IMG/VR virus record: IMGVR_UViG_3300028920_000041
Coordinates: 1 to 64,000 of that record
DNA from: a virus
Length of the DNA: 64,000 nucleotides
Reading direction: 5' to 3' (one strand)
In this document: piece after piece, positions 36,333 to 44,497 of the stretch
Layout: every line of letters begins with the position of its first letter
Position numbering within the stretch: the stretch's first letter is position 1
Made by a program: the position numbers and the translations under genes
The notes under the pieces: generated by a model
What the model saw: the letters and a program-made list of their open reading frames with translations, nothing else
Databases searched by the model: none
What the model was told of the DNA's origin: nothing

Positions 36333-36589
36333 ACGAACAAGAGATTGAAGTGGTAAAGATTATACAAAGGTTCGTTAAAAGGTCTGGAGGCCTTGAAAGA
36401 ATTGTCAAGGCGAAAGATGCTATCAAGTCAATACCTCCAGGCAGTATGAGTGAGTACGTTAAAAGGATATCCCAAACAGAAGGGGGATCTAGTCAGTTAC
36501 TAGCAGCAGCTCTTTTAGGCTTCTCTGTTGCAGCACAGATAGGCAAGGTCAAACTTGAGGATAAGGTCAAACTTGAGGATGATGAATAA
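36329..36589 (+). CDS. hypothetical protein with C-terminal KVKLED duplication
   Basis: Overlaps the previous stop; 18-bp tandem duplication at 36545-36580. Confidence 0.6.
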   Translation: MNEQEIEVVKIIQRFVKRSGGLERIVKAKDAIKSIPPGSMSEYVKRISQTEGGSSQLLAAALLGFSVAAQIGKVKLEDKVKLEDDE

Positions 36590-36659
36590 AGAGCAAGAGA
36601 CGCCCGGAGCCTGTTACCTGCGATGTGTGTAGGAAAAAACTAGAAAAGGGTGAGTACCG

Positions 36660-36866
36660 ATGATCCCCACTGGTTACTGGGTAAAGCCAGCACCACACAT
36701 AAGGCAATACCCGGAGCCACCCTATTATGGTTCTTGGGTCTGTCAAAAGTGTTGGGGCATTGATGAGTGTTGGTGCATGGGAGATGAGTCAGACCCTATA
36801 TGTGATTGTGGATGGCCTGCATATTCTTGTCGATGCGACGATGAAGAGGCTTGGATTGAAGAGTAA
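36660..36866 (+). CDS. Cys/Trp-rich microprotein
   Basis: Twice repeated CxxCxx...CxC pattern (CQKCWGIDECWC; CDCGWPAYSCRC). Confidence 0.6.
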   Translation: MIPTGYWVKPAPHIRQYPEPPYYGSWVCQKCWGIDECWCMGDESDPICDCGWPAYSCRCDDEEAWIEE

Positions 36867-36869
36867 TCA

Positions 36870-37115
36870 ATGCAAGTAAGAACAACATGCGCCAGGTGCG
36901 GTAGTACTGAAACTTATAAGATTGACCCGTCCCATCACCTTGACCCATGGGTTGGTTGTTGGGTTTGTTTTGATTGCAAGAACGGCAATCAGTCTCAATT
37001 TGAGCCGGTAGAGCACAAGGGAAGAGACGAAATCCGTTGTAAGCTCTGCGGAAGTTTTAACACCGGTGAACCTGACTGGCATGCAGGAACAGAAACGGAT
37101 GGCCAAAAATACTGA
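36870..37115 (+). CDS. triple zinc-ribbon microprotein
   Basis: CARC, CWVCFDC, CKLC. Confidence 0.65.
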   Translation: MQVRTTCARCGSTETYKIDPSHHLDPWVGCWVCFDCKNGNQSQFEPVEHKGRDEIRCKLCGSFNTGEPDWHAGTETDGQKY

Positions 37116-37314
37116 AGTCCGTGTTTGTGCTTGCGGCCACTACTACGTAGGAGATCATGGTTGTCCTGAATGTGGTGCTCCTTGGCTTCTGACTAGTCGA
37201 ATCATGATAGCGGTATCCAGGAAGGTCGCAAGGCTGATTGCAGCGGAGTGTCGGGCCAACGGGAAGCGAGCGGTGGAGCACCACAAGGGAGGACGATTTG
37301 GTGCAGAGCATTGA
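37099..37314 (+). CDS. zinc-ribbon microprotein
   Basis: CACGH...CPECG. Confidence 0.6.
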   Translation: MAKNTEVRVCACGHYYVGDHGCPECGAPWLLTSRIMIAVSRKVARLIAAECRANGKRAVEHHKGGRFGAEH

Positions 37315-37630
37315 TTGCCGAAAGTGTGGGGCATGTTGTTCTGGGCTCATGGACTATGGGTATTTTGTTGATCTGGAAGAGGGTGACGTTTTGCGTCTGC
37401 CCAAGCACTACCGCAAGAAGCATGTGCTTCAGGTGAACAATTCCAGTGACTGGATGGCCTTGGCGACAAAGGTTCGACCATCAGGGATGGTGGTTTGCGT
37501 GGCGTTTCGAGGTCGGCCAGGCAAAAAGTGTTGGTGTTCCATTTATGACATGAGGCCTAGGGCTTGCAGAGACTTTAAGCCTGGAAGCCTTGCTTGTCGA
37601 GAGTTAGTCAAGCTACAGGAGCGTAAATAA
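37301..37630 (+). CDS. YkgJ-family cysteine-cluster protein
   Basis: DCRKCGACC...CVAF...CSIYDMRPRACRDF; GGGAGGA RBS before GTG 37301. Confidence 0.85.
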   Translation: MQSIDCRKCGACCSGLMDYGYFVDLEEGDVLRLPKHYRKKHVLQVNNSSDWMALATKVRPSGMVVCVAFRGRPGKKCWCSIYDMRPRACRDFKPGSLACRELVKLQERK

Positions 37631-37631
37631 C

Positions 37632-37829
37632 ATGGACGACAAGAGCAACGTATTAGCCGTGGGCACTATCAAAGATGCACGTGTTGAATGCAGGATTGTT
37701 GAGTGGCCGAACACTACTGGAAAAGACCAGTACGAAATCGTATGGATTGTGATCAAGGGGGATAAGGTTGTGAAGATAGACCCCATTCAAGCCATCGCTT
37801 TGGGTATAATGGAGGATTTTGAATCATAA
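37632..37829 (+). CDS. hypothetical protein
   Basis: AGGAG RBS. Confidence 0.6.
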   Translation: MDDKSNVLAVGTIKDARVECRIVEWPNTTGKDQYEIVWIVIKGDKVVKIDPIQAIALGIMEDFES

Positions 37830-38022
37830 ACAGAGAATGATAGACTTTATGGCTAGAGTTGATGTTCATCTTGGTGAATGTCCGAACTGTAAAGGGACTG
37901 GTAGAGACCCTCGTAAACGGACTCGTAATTGTCCTGAGTGTAATGGTCATAAAGTCATTGAACTTTGTAACAAGTGCAATACGAAGATTCCATGCCCTTG
38001 TGATGAAGGGATATTGTATTGA
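37819..38022 (+). CDS. DnaJ-type zinc-finger microprotein
   Basis: CPNCKGTG...CPECNG...CNKC...CPC. Confidence 0.7.
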   Translation: MNHKQRMIDFMARVDVHLGECPNCKGTGRDPRKRTRNCPECNGHKVIELCNKCNTKIPCPCDEGILY

Positions 38023-38024
38023 CA

Positions 38025-38198
38025 ATGAGAGATCCCAGAGACGAACCACAGGTTGAAACGGATGTAAATGGAGATATGTTTTTTGTGTCGCAGAACGGTA
38101 AACGAATTACAGTTGAAGGTATCGAAGTAGCTAAACTTATTGAAAAGGTTGAAAAGTATTTGAAGTTCTCAGAACAGTTCCCTATGGGGATGAAATAA
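38025..38198 (+). CDS. 57-aa hypothetical protein absent from the ORF track
   Basis: Manual translation MRDPRDEPQVETDVNGDMFFVSQNGKRITVEGIEVAKLIEKVEKYLKFSEQFPMGMK fills the operon gap. Confidence 0.55.
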   Translation: MRDPRDEPQVETDVNGDMFFVSQNGKRITVEGIEVAKLIEKVEKYLKFSEQFPMGMK

Positions 38199-38219
38199 GA
38201 TAATAAACAAAAGAGGCCT

Positions 38220-38516
38220 GTGATGTTACCTAAACTAAACCTTGGTATTGTTAGAAACAAAGAACGTTCTATTTCACATAGGTCTCTTCTAAAGGTTGTC
38301 TGCAATCCCTTCCTCAGAACATTAGGTTTTATGATAGCTACTATTGTGCAACCTAAATTGCAGAGTGTATTTGTAGATGAAGATGAAGATGAAGTCGTTG
38401 GTATCTCTCTCATAAGAGTACCAAAGAGCTTTGATCTAATAAGTAACCTTAGAGATAGCTGGATATACGAGCTAGAGCCTGATGAATTTGTAATCAAATC
38501 AAACAGACTATGGTGA
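38220..38516 (+). CDS. hypothetical protein
   Basis: AGAGG RBS. Confidence 0.6.
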   Translation: MMLPKLNLGIVRNKERSISHRSLLKVVCNPFLRTLGFMIATIVQPKLQSVFVDEDEDEVVGISLIRVPKSFDLISNLRDSWIYELEPDEFVIKSNRLW

Positions 38517-38542
38517 GTCCGATTAATGAAAAGGAGTAAGAG

Positions 38543-39172
38543 ATGAAAGACGCAACTGAGATTGTTATTGTTCTAGATAAATCTGGATCCATGTACGGCA
38601 TTAAGGATGATACAATAGGTGGGTTCAACAATTTTCTCCAGGAGCAACAGAAAGAATCAGGAGAAGCTAATTTAACACTTATCCAGTTCGATAGTGGCTA
38701 CCGTACAGTTTATTTAGGCAAGCCAATCAAGCAAGTAGAGCCTTTGAACAAAGAAACTTATGTTACAGGAGGCAACACAGCTCTGAATGATTCGTTGGCT
38801 AGCGCAATACTACAAACAGGAATGCGTTTAGAGGCACTGGAAGAGCAAAATAGACCAGACAAGGTTATTGTTGTTGTGATAACAGATGGTCAGGAGAATA
38901 GCTCCAAAGAACATTCTAAGCAGCAACTTGCTGAAATGGTCAAACACCAAGAAGAGAAGTACGATTGGGCATTCTTGTTTTTCGGAGCTGATATTGATTC
39001 GTTTAGAGAAGCTAGGAAGATTGGAATAAGTGGGGATGCTGTAATGGATTTTAGTAAGACTCAGATCAAGTCTGCTTATTTAGGGGCAAGCCATGCGGTT
39101 AGTAGCTTTAGAGTGGGCGGTAAGAAAAAGATGAAGGAGGAAGAGACTTCTTGGAAGTCAAAGGTTAAGTAA
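38543..39172 (+). CDS. stand-alone VWA domain protein
   Basis: IVIVLDKSGSM (MIDAS), TLIQFD, GGNTALNDS, VVITDGQENSSKE. Confidence 0.88.
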   Translation: MKDATEIVIVLDKSGSMYGIKDDTIGGFNNFLQEQQKESGEANLTLIQFDSGYRTVYLGKPIKQVEPLNKETYVTGGNTALNDSLASAILQTGMRLEALEEQNRPDKVIVVVITDGQENSSKEHSKQQLAEMVKHQEEKYDWAFLFFGADIDSFREARKIGISGDAVMDFSKTQIKSAYLGASHAVSSFRVGGKKKMKEEETSWKSKVK

Positions 39173-39243
39173 ATGGTATATGGCTTTCGCAGAAATCCTT
39201 TAGTCAAGTCAATCAACCCCTCACCGGATAACTGGGATCTCGT

Positions 39244-39456
39244 GTGGCAGAACTGTCAAACGGTAGTAGCCACTGTACAACCATAACTAAAGCTTACTCT
39301 CTAAATGAGATAATCGTAGACATGGAACGGTACCACGAGCAAGAAAACGAACCCATGCCTGACATACCTACAATAGCCTATGATCTAATCAGACTCATCT
39401 CAGTAGGCCTGGTACTGGTAGAAGAGATTAAAGAAGAAAAGCACTCCACAACCTAA
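39244..39456 (+). CDS. hypothetical protein
   Basis: 70-aa ORF ending the small-gene block. Confidence 0.45.
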   Translation: MAELSNGSSHCTTITKAYSLNEIIVDMERYHEQENEPMPDIPTIAYDLIRLISVGLVLVEEIKEEKHSTT

Positions 39457-40005
39457 TACCCACGCTAAATCCTCCCTAAACCACTTCCAGATGGTAATTC
39501 CATTCGGTCTTTACCAATCACTATCTTATGTTTTTCGCAGTAGACTTTGTAGCTAACCCGTCAAACATGATCAGTCAAGACAAGCAAAACAACTTCTTGA
39601 GCGATGACTTCAAGTCAAACTCATTCGTTTGTTGTTCCTTCCAAAGAGATTTTCATCTCAAGTCTTGACTTCTCCAACCAATCAAACTTAACAATTCATT
39701 TAACACACCAACTATGTCCAAACAGTCTTAACACTGTTTGTGACCAAGATACCCCTTTTCACCCTATAGGGGATGCATCAAACCATGTCAATTTCGCCCA
39801 AATCCATCCGATATTGACACAAACCAAATCAACTCAAACAAACGATATCAACAGCACAACCCAATCAACACTCCTCACTGACACAAACGATATCAACAAC
39901 ACAAACCAACCCCACAGAACACACAAACCGAATCAACGAACCCAAACAGCTAACTCCAACCCTATCAACAAAACACACAAACGATATCAAAAAACACACA
40001 AATCA
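39457..40005. repeat. G-poor, A/C-rich non-coding tract with three copies of ACAAACGATATCAA
   Basis: Copies at 39838-39851, 39883-39896 and 39977-39990; dyad CAAACAGT-N6-ACTGTTTG at 39719-39740. Confidence 0.75.
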
Positions 40006-40098
40006 TGTCAAGACGTAGTTTCCCCCCGGTGGAACCGCGCTGTTTCGTGACTTTTGGATCTGATTCACTATGTAACGGACAATAACAAGGAGAAACAA

Positions 40099-40524
40099 AT
40101 GGGATTCAAGCGAATGAACGAAGTTGGACCCGGTGGCTACTCTGGACCCGAGAAGGTACTGAGAGATGAAAAGAAGAAGAAGAAGCCAAAGTTCGGCAAG
40201 ATCACAACCAAGAACACGAGCGATGATGAAATCTCTGTAAAGGCTCCAGCTGGGAGCATGATGGCAGACAAGCTTGACAATACGGATTTCCAAAAGGAGA
40301 TCAAAGGCGTCAAGACTTCCAAGAAGTATCCAAAGAAAGCACAAGCAAAGAGAGCGTTCCTTGCAGGCCTCATCCATAAGATGACTGGCAAGAGCGAGTC
40401 CTCGGATACAGCTAACGAGATGATTGATTTGGTACTCGAAGGCTATGATCCGTTTGACATCGTCGAGAAGTTCCCGTTCAAGAAAAAGAAGTGCAAGGAC
40501 GACGAAGAAGACGATGACGAGTAG
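40099..40524 (+). CDS. charged putative prohead core/internal protein (motif A)
   Basis: AAGGAG RBS; EMIDLVLEGYDPFDIVE; K-rich then acidic tail KKKKCKDDEEDDDE. Confidence 0.6.
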   Translation: MGFKRMNEVGPGGYSGPEKVLRDEKKKKKPKFGKITTKNTSDDEISVKAPAGSMMADKLDNTDFQKEIKGVKTSKKYPKKAQAKRAFLAGLIHKMTGKSESSDTANEMIDLVLEGYDPFDIVEKFPFKKKKCKDDEEDDDE

Positions 40525-40561
40525 GTCATAACGATAACCCACAAACACAGCACATAGCCCA

Positions 40562-41440
40562 ATGACAAAAAACGCATCGAATAGCAGAGCAAGAAACCCG
40601 CCCAAAGAATCTGTAGCAACCAGGCTCGTTGAATCAGCCACACAAGGAACACTTCCAGCCGATTTAATCAAGTCTATGATCTACCAGGGTAAGTTTAACG
40701 ATGACCACAAAGAGCATCACTATAAGCTAACTGAAGGTGAAGCCGCTTTCAAGCTCAACACACCGGAAGAGATGACACAGGTTGAAGAGCTTATAACGAA
40801 CTTGTCAGCGGCACAAATACCCTATACTCTTTCAGACGATGAAGACACAAGAGAAGTAGTCTTGTCATGGAAAGAAGAGTACACAGATCAAATTGAATCC
40901 ACGATGGAAGCTCTTGGTATCGAAGTCTACGATGATGACAGTCAAACAGAGTCACTTATAGAGACTTCCATTTTCAAACCGCAAGGCGAAATCAAGAACA
41001 CAAAACCACCATACAAGAGAAAGCCGACCGGTTACTTGCAGAGACTCTCAAAGAAGACACAATCCACGCATGCAAGAGGCCTGCAGCCAGAGACACCAAT
41101 AGAGCCGATGGTATCGGCTATGGAGCAATCAATGAACGTAAAAGAGATGATCGACAGTGTTATCAACGGTGAGTCTGTAAAGCACTTGGTAGGCTCTTTC
41201 TGTGAATCTGATAAGCCTTGGTTGAAGAAACTAAAGAGTCTTGGATGGGATCCGACTCCTGTAGAGGTTAAGCAAGCTCTTTCTACCTATAAATCGCTCA
41301 ATAAGAAGTATGGGGCGCAGAGGGCAGCAGTTGAAGTGTTTGGAGGTGTAAAGAACAAACTTCGTAGAGCAGAGATGGCAAATGTTCTACGAAAAGAACT
41401 TGGCTTAGATCCAGTGGAGTTGCCTAAGCCTCTTAGGTAG
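40562..41440 (+). CDS. putative internal head protein (motif A)
   Basis: ESVATRLVES; EMIDSVINGESVKHLV. Confidence 0.55.
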   Translation: MTKNASNSRARNPPKESVATRLVESATQGTLPADLIKSMIYQGKFNDDHKEHHYKLTEGEAAFKLNTPEEMTQVEELITNLSAAQIPYTLSDDEDTREVVLSWKEEYTDQIESTMEALGIEVYDDDSQTESLIETSIFKPQGEIKNTKPPYKRKPTGYLQRLSKKTQSTHARGLQPETPIEPMVSAMEQSMNVKEMIDSVINGESVKHLVGSFCESDKPWLKKLKSLGWDPTPVEVKQALSTYKSLNKKYGAQRAAVEVFGGVKNKLRRAEMANVLRKELGLDPVELPKPLR

Positions 41441-41471
41441 GGATATAGTAATCTATCCAAGGAGCAAGCAA

Positions 41472-41909
41472 ATGGATTGGTCACCAAATAGCTCAAAGAG
41501 AAGACTGCTGGAAGCCTGCGAGTCAAGAGGCATTGATGCTTCAATGACTATGGTCAAAGCTGAGCTGATTGCTTTGCTGACAGCTCACGACATAGAAGCC
41601 GACATAGAAGCCGATCAAGGCCCACCAGAGCCACCTGCAGAGCCCACACAGCTGCCACCCCTTCCCCCTATCCCCAAGTTCGAGCCGACTCCTAAACCGG
41701 CCCCACAGGCCACGCCAGAGCCACCACAGGCCACGCCAGAGCAAGGTGGAGTCCTGGATTACCTCGCAGCGGCAGAAGAGAAGGTATCCCTGAAACACCT
41801 TGTCAAAGACCTTGGCAGTGAAGTGATCGAAGAACTCAGAGAGCTAGTAAAAGCCAACAAAGTAACTCAGTACAAACAGCACAACAATTTTTGGTACAAG
41901 GCTAGGTAA
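41472..41909 (+). CDS. two-domain DNA-binding protein: SAP/HeH-like N-terminus, Pro-rich linker, winged helix
   Basis: LLEACESRGIDASMTMVKAELIALL; linker with 21-bp and 12-bp tandem repeats; VLDYL...VSLKHL...LRELVKANKV...WYKA. Confidence 0.55.
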   Translation: MDWSPNSSKRRLLEACESRGIDASMTMVKAELIALLTAHDIEADIEADQGPPEPPAEPTQLPPLPPIPKFEPTPKPAPQATPEPPQATPEQGGVLDYLAAAEEKVSLKHLVKDLGSEVIEELRELVKANKVTQYKQHNNFWYKAR

Positions 41910-41920
41910 TAGTCCACTAG

Positions 41921-42562
41921 ATGACACCCGAGCTAATCACACCAAAGCCGATCATATTCATACACATACCAAGAACTGGAGGTATGTCTTTCCGTAAGAT
42001 GATGCACATTGCTTACGGCTATGACAACATAGGTAGGCCATGGTGGGGTGAGCATGAAGGCGAGTACATAAACGATAAGCAGAAGTCTAAGAAAGCTTGG
42101 TATGGTCACTTCAAGTTTGGACTACATGAGCAGATACCTTTTCCAGTCAAATACTTCACTATAGTAAGAGAGCCAGCAGCTAGGTTGCTATCTGAGTATC
42201 ATAGAAACGAGTACAGGACTCGATATAACATGAGTCCATTGGACTTGGCTAGATCTGACAGAGGCAATAACATCATGGTTCGTATGCTATCAGGTGCGAA
42301 CATGACAGACACTCTAACGATACACCATGTAGATATCGCTATGGCCAACATAGAAGAGCACTTCGTTTTCGTTGGCCAGACAGAGAAGTTTTCTGACATT
42401 ATGCGAGTAGTAAAGCGCATGGGTTGGCCTGTATCGAAACAGCCTCATGAGAACACCGGTAAGACAGAAACGATAACACTGAATGAGTTGATAGATCTAA
42501 GGAAGCTACCAGAGCTTGCCTTGGACTATGAACTATACAGGAGGGTTGCCTATGCCTGGTAG
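41921..42562 (+). CDS. sulfotransferase family protein (Sulfotransfer_2-like)
   Basis: FIHIPRTGGMS (5'-PSB loop), FTIVREPAARLLSEY (3'-PB), NIMVRMLSG, FVFVGQTE. Confidence 0.8.
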   Translation: MTPELITPKPIIFIHIPRTGGMSFRKMMHIAYGYDNIGRPWWGEHEGEYINDKQKSKKAWYGHFKFGLHEQIPFPVKYFTIVREPAARLLSEYHRNEYRTRYNMSPLDLARSDRGNNIMVRMLSGANMTDTLTIHHVDIAMANIEEHFVFVGQTEKFSDIMRVVKRMGWPVSKQPHENTGKTETITLNELIDLRKLPELALDYELYRRVAYAW

Positions 42563-43100
42563 AGTAGAGTCCATTCGACAAGTACTAAGGTCTACGTTAC
42601 TGGAGTCAACACAAGATTTTTCGAAGATGTCTAAGGATCAGCTAAAGGATGCACGTCAGATGTATCAAGACGTTATTTCCATGAATAAATCCAAGGGAAG
42701 GCCTATAAAGCAGTACTACCTTGATAATTTGAGTAGTATTGAGGCTCTTCTTTCAGGCAAGCCTAGTGGTCAAGGTGTTACTAGCGATCCTTCAGTGTTT
42801 GGGCATCCACAGCAAACTAGCCATCCTAAGTATAGAAACTTGGTTCCTGTCAAAGTAAAAACCAAGGCACAGGTTCAGAAGTTCATAGACAAAGCACAGA
42901 AGTCTTATGATTCAATAATGACTAAATGGTCTAAGGAAGAGGCTATTGCTTTAGGTAGAATCAAGGCAACACCGACACGAAGAGCTAAAGCCAAGAGAGC
43001 TATCAAGTCAAGAGACTGGATTGATCTGAAAAGCTATGCAGAGCTTATCAGAGATGAGACAATGAAAGAGCTTCAGAGGCTTTACAAGTTGGCGGGATAA
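42552..43100 (+). CDS. basic putative virion cargo protein (motif B leader)
   Basis: MPGRVESIRQVLRSTLLE leader. Confidence 0.65.
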   Translation: MPGRVESIRQVLRSTLLESTQDFSKMSKDQLKDARQMYQDVISMNKSKGRPIKQYYLDNLSSIEALLSGKPSGQGVTSDPSVFGHPQQTSHPKYRNLVPVKVKTKAQVQKFIDKAQKSYDSIMTKWSKEEAIALGRIKATPTRRAKAKRAIKSRDWIDLKSYAELIRDETMKELQRLYKLAG

Positions 43101-43112
43101 AGAGAGAGACCT

Positions 43113-43703
43113 ATGCCTGGTAAAGTAGAGTCCATTCGACAAGTACTCAGAGAGTCCCTTTTGAAAGAAGCCAATGATTGGGATGGTCGTTCTACAATGT
43201 TTGGACACCTTCCAAGCCAAGATCTATACTTCTCTCCAGTTGAGAAGCTAAAAAACGGTAACTACAAGGGCTATATGGTTGATGTGAGTTCGGGCCGACC
43301 AAAGAAGGCCAAACAGACCAGTATGAACAAGCGTTGGTGGTCAGAGTCCTGGAAGATAATCAGTCAAAGCGAAGTTCCAAAAACGGTGCTTAGCAAGTTT
43401 TCAGACAAAATCGAATTACAAGCGCAGAAGGCCAGCGAACCAAAGGCAGCACCAACACCTGTTAATGTTAAGTCACCGGACAAGCTCTTGACGCAGAGAC
43501 AAGCCAGGGTAGGGCTCAGAGTAGATACAGATCCAGAGAGTGAAAGCAGTAGTTGGGTGATTCGGCGTATGACAAACAAGTCTGTTACCATTGGCTCTGA
43601 TAGTGGGGTTGACGTTGGACCAAAGTTTGCTGGAAGGACATTCATGTATCGTTGGGACGGTACAGGGTTTGTTAGACAAAAACAGTACCTCTATGCGGTG
43701 TGA
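43113..43703 (+). CDS. putative virion cargo protein (motif B leader)
   Basis: MPGKVESIRQVLRESLLKE leader; first 38 nt nearly identical to the previous gene. Confidence 0.65.
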   Translation: MPGKVESIRQVLRESLLKEANDWDGRSTMFGHLPSQDLYFSPVEKLKNGNYKGYMVDVSSGRPKKAKQTSMNKRWWSESWKIISQSEVPKTVLSKFSDKIELQAQKASEPKAAPTPVNVKSPDKLLTQRQARVGLRVDTDPESESSSWVIRRMTNKSVTIGSDSGVDVGPKFAGRTFMYRWDGTGFVRQKQYLYAV

Positions 43704-44497
43704 CGATGCCTGATACGGTTCAAGAGTCCATTAGAGACTCTCTGAGAGCAACGCTACTTGAGGGAAGACCTGTCCCTATCAAGAAAGCCTATCTGAAAAG
43801 GCTAGCTAGGTCTCTATTTGATGAAATGTACAAAAGGTGGCTCAAACCATTTCACTTAAAGAAGCGGGATCGACCAACCAGTATATTGTTCATTGGGAGT
43901 AAAGATGGGATCCCAAGTCACCATACTATAGAGTTTACAGAGTTAGCTGGCCCCTGGAAGGGTCGCAAGAGGCAAGTTCCCATTGTCTTCCAGTTAGGAG
44001 GAACAGGGAATTTTGTAAGAAAGTACATCACAGGTGGCGGTGTCTATAGTGTGAGGCAGGGTAAACGTAGTGTTTCTAAGTACATGATCTATCTTAATAT
44101 AGCTGATACTCTTATTCTGGATTTTGTCAAGAACAAGAAACAAGTTATAGATGAGTTTTACTCTGTTTTGATACACGAAGCAACACACCTAGCAGATCAA
44201 CTCCCTAGAGTTGCTTCTGATGCAGATAACGAAGACCTAAAAATCTACTACAATAAGCCAACAGAAGTCAGAGCGTTCATGCAGCAGATTGTTGATGAAG
44301 TAGTTGCACACGCTAGGTCCATAGCGAAAGACCTTGAAGGCTTCACTGACACAGAACAGCTTGTCAGATTGTCTCTTGAGCGAAGCACGACATGGGACAG
44401 AGTCAGACCCTACGTCAACCCAAGCAACAAAAGGAAGATACTGAAAGCTGTTCATGGAGTCATAGACAGAGCCAATCTTCCAGCTAGGTATGAGTGA
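43700..44497 (+). CDS. zincin-like metallopeptidase with motif B leader
   Basis: VQESIRDSLRATLLEG leader; VLIHEATHLAD (HExxH); YYNKPTEVRAF. Confidence 0.7.
   Translation: MTMPDTVQESIRDSLRATLLEGRPVPIKKAYLKRLARSLFDEMYKRWLKPFHLKKRDRPTSILFIGSKDGIPSHHTIEFTELAGPWKGRKRQVPIVFQLGGTGNFVRKYITGGGVYSVRQGKRSVSKYMIYLNIADTLILDFVKNKKQVIDEFYSVLIHEATHLADQLPRVASDADNEDLKIYYNKPTEVRAFMQQIVDEVVAHARSIAKDLEGFTDTEQLVRLSLERSTTWDRVRPYVNPSNKRKILKAVHGVIDRANLPARYE

Noticed and set aside
36545-36580. 18-bp tandem duplication (KVKLED x2)
   Set aside because: Ordinary slippage at a gene's 3' end; no sign of a larger system.
37955-38497. 180-aa minus-strand ORF
   Set aside because: Overlaps three plus-strand genes with RBSs; no recognisable motif.
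39838-39990. Three 14-bp repeats as a CRISPR array
   Set aside because: Repeats too short, spacers of very unequal length (31 and 80 bp) and low complexity, no cas genes.
39604-40050. 148-aa plus-strand ORF
   Set aside because: T/N/Q/H low-complexity product that simply reflects the G-poor tract; no RBS.
40003-40671. 222-aa hydrophobic minus-strand ORF as a membrane protein
   Set aside because: Antisense shadow of K/E/D-rich plus-strand genes, whose codons read as F/L/V/S on the reverse strand.
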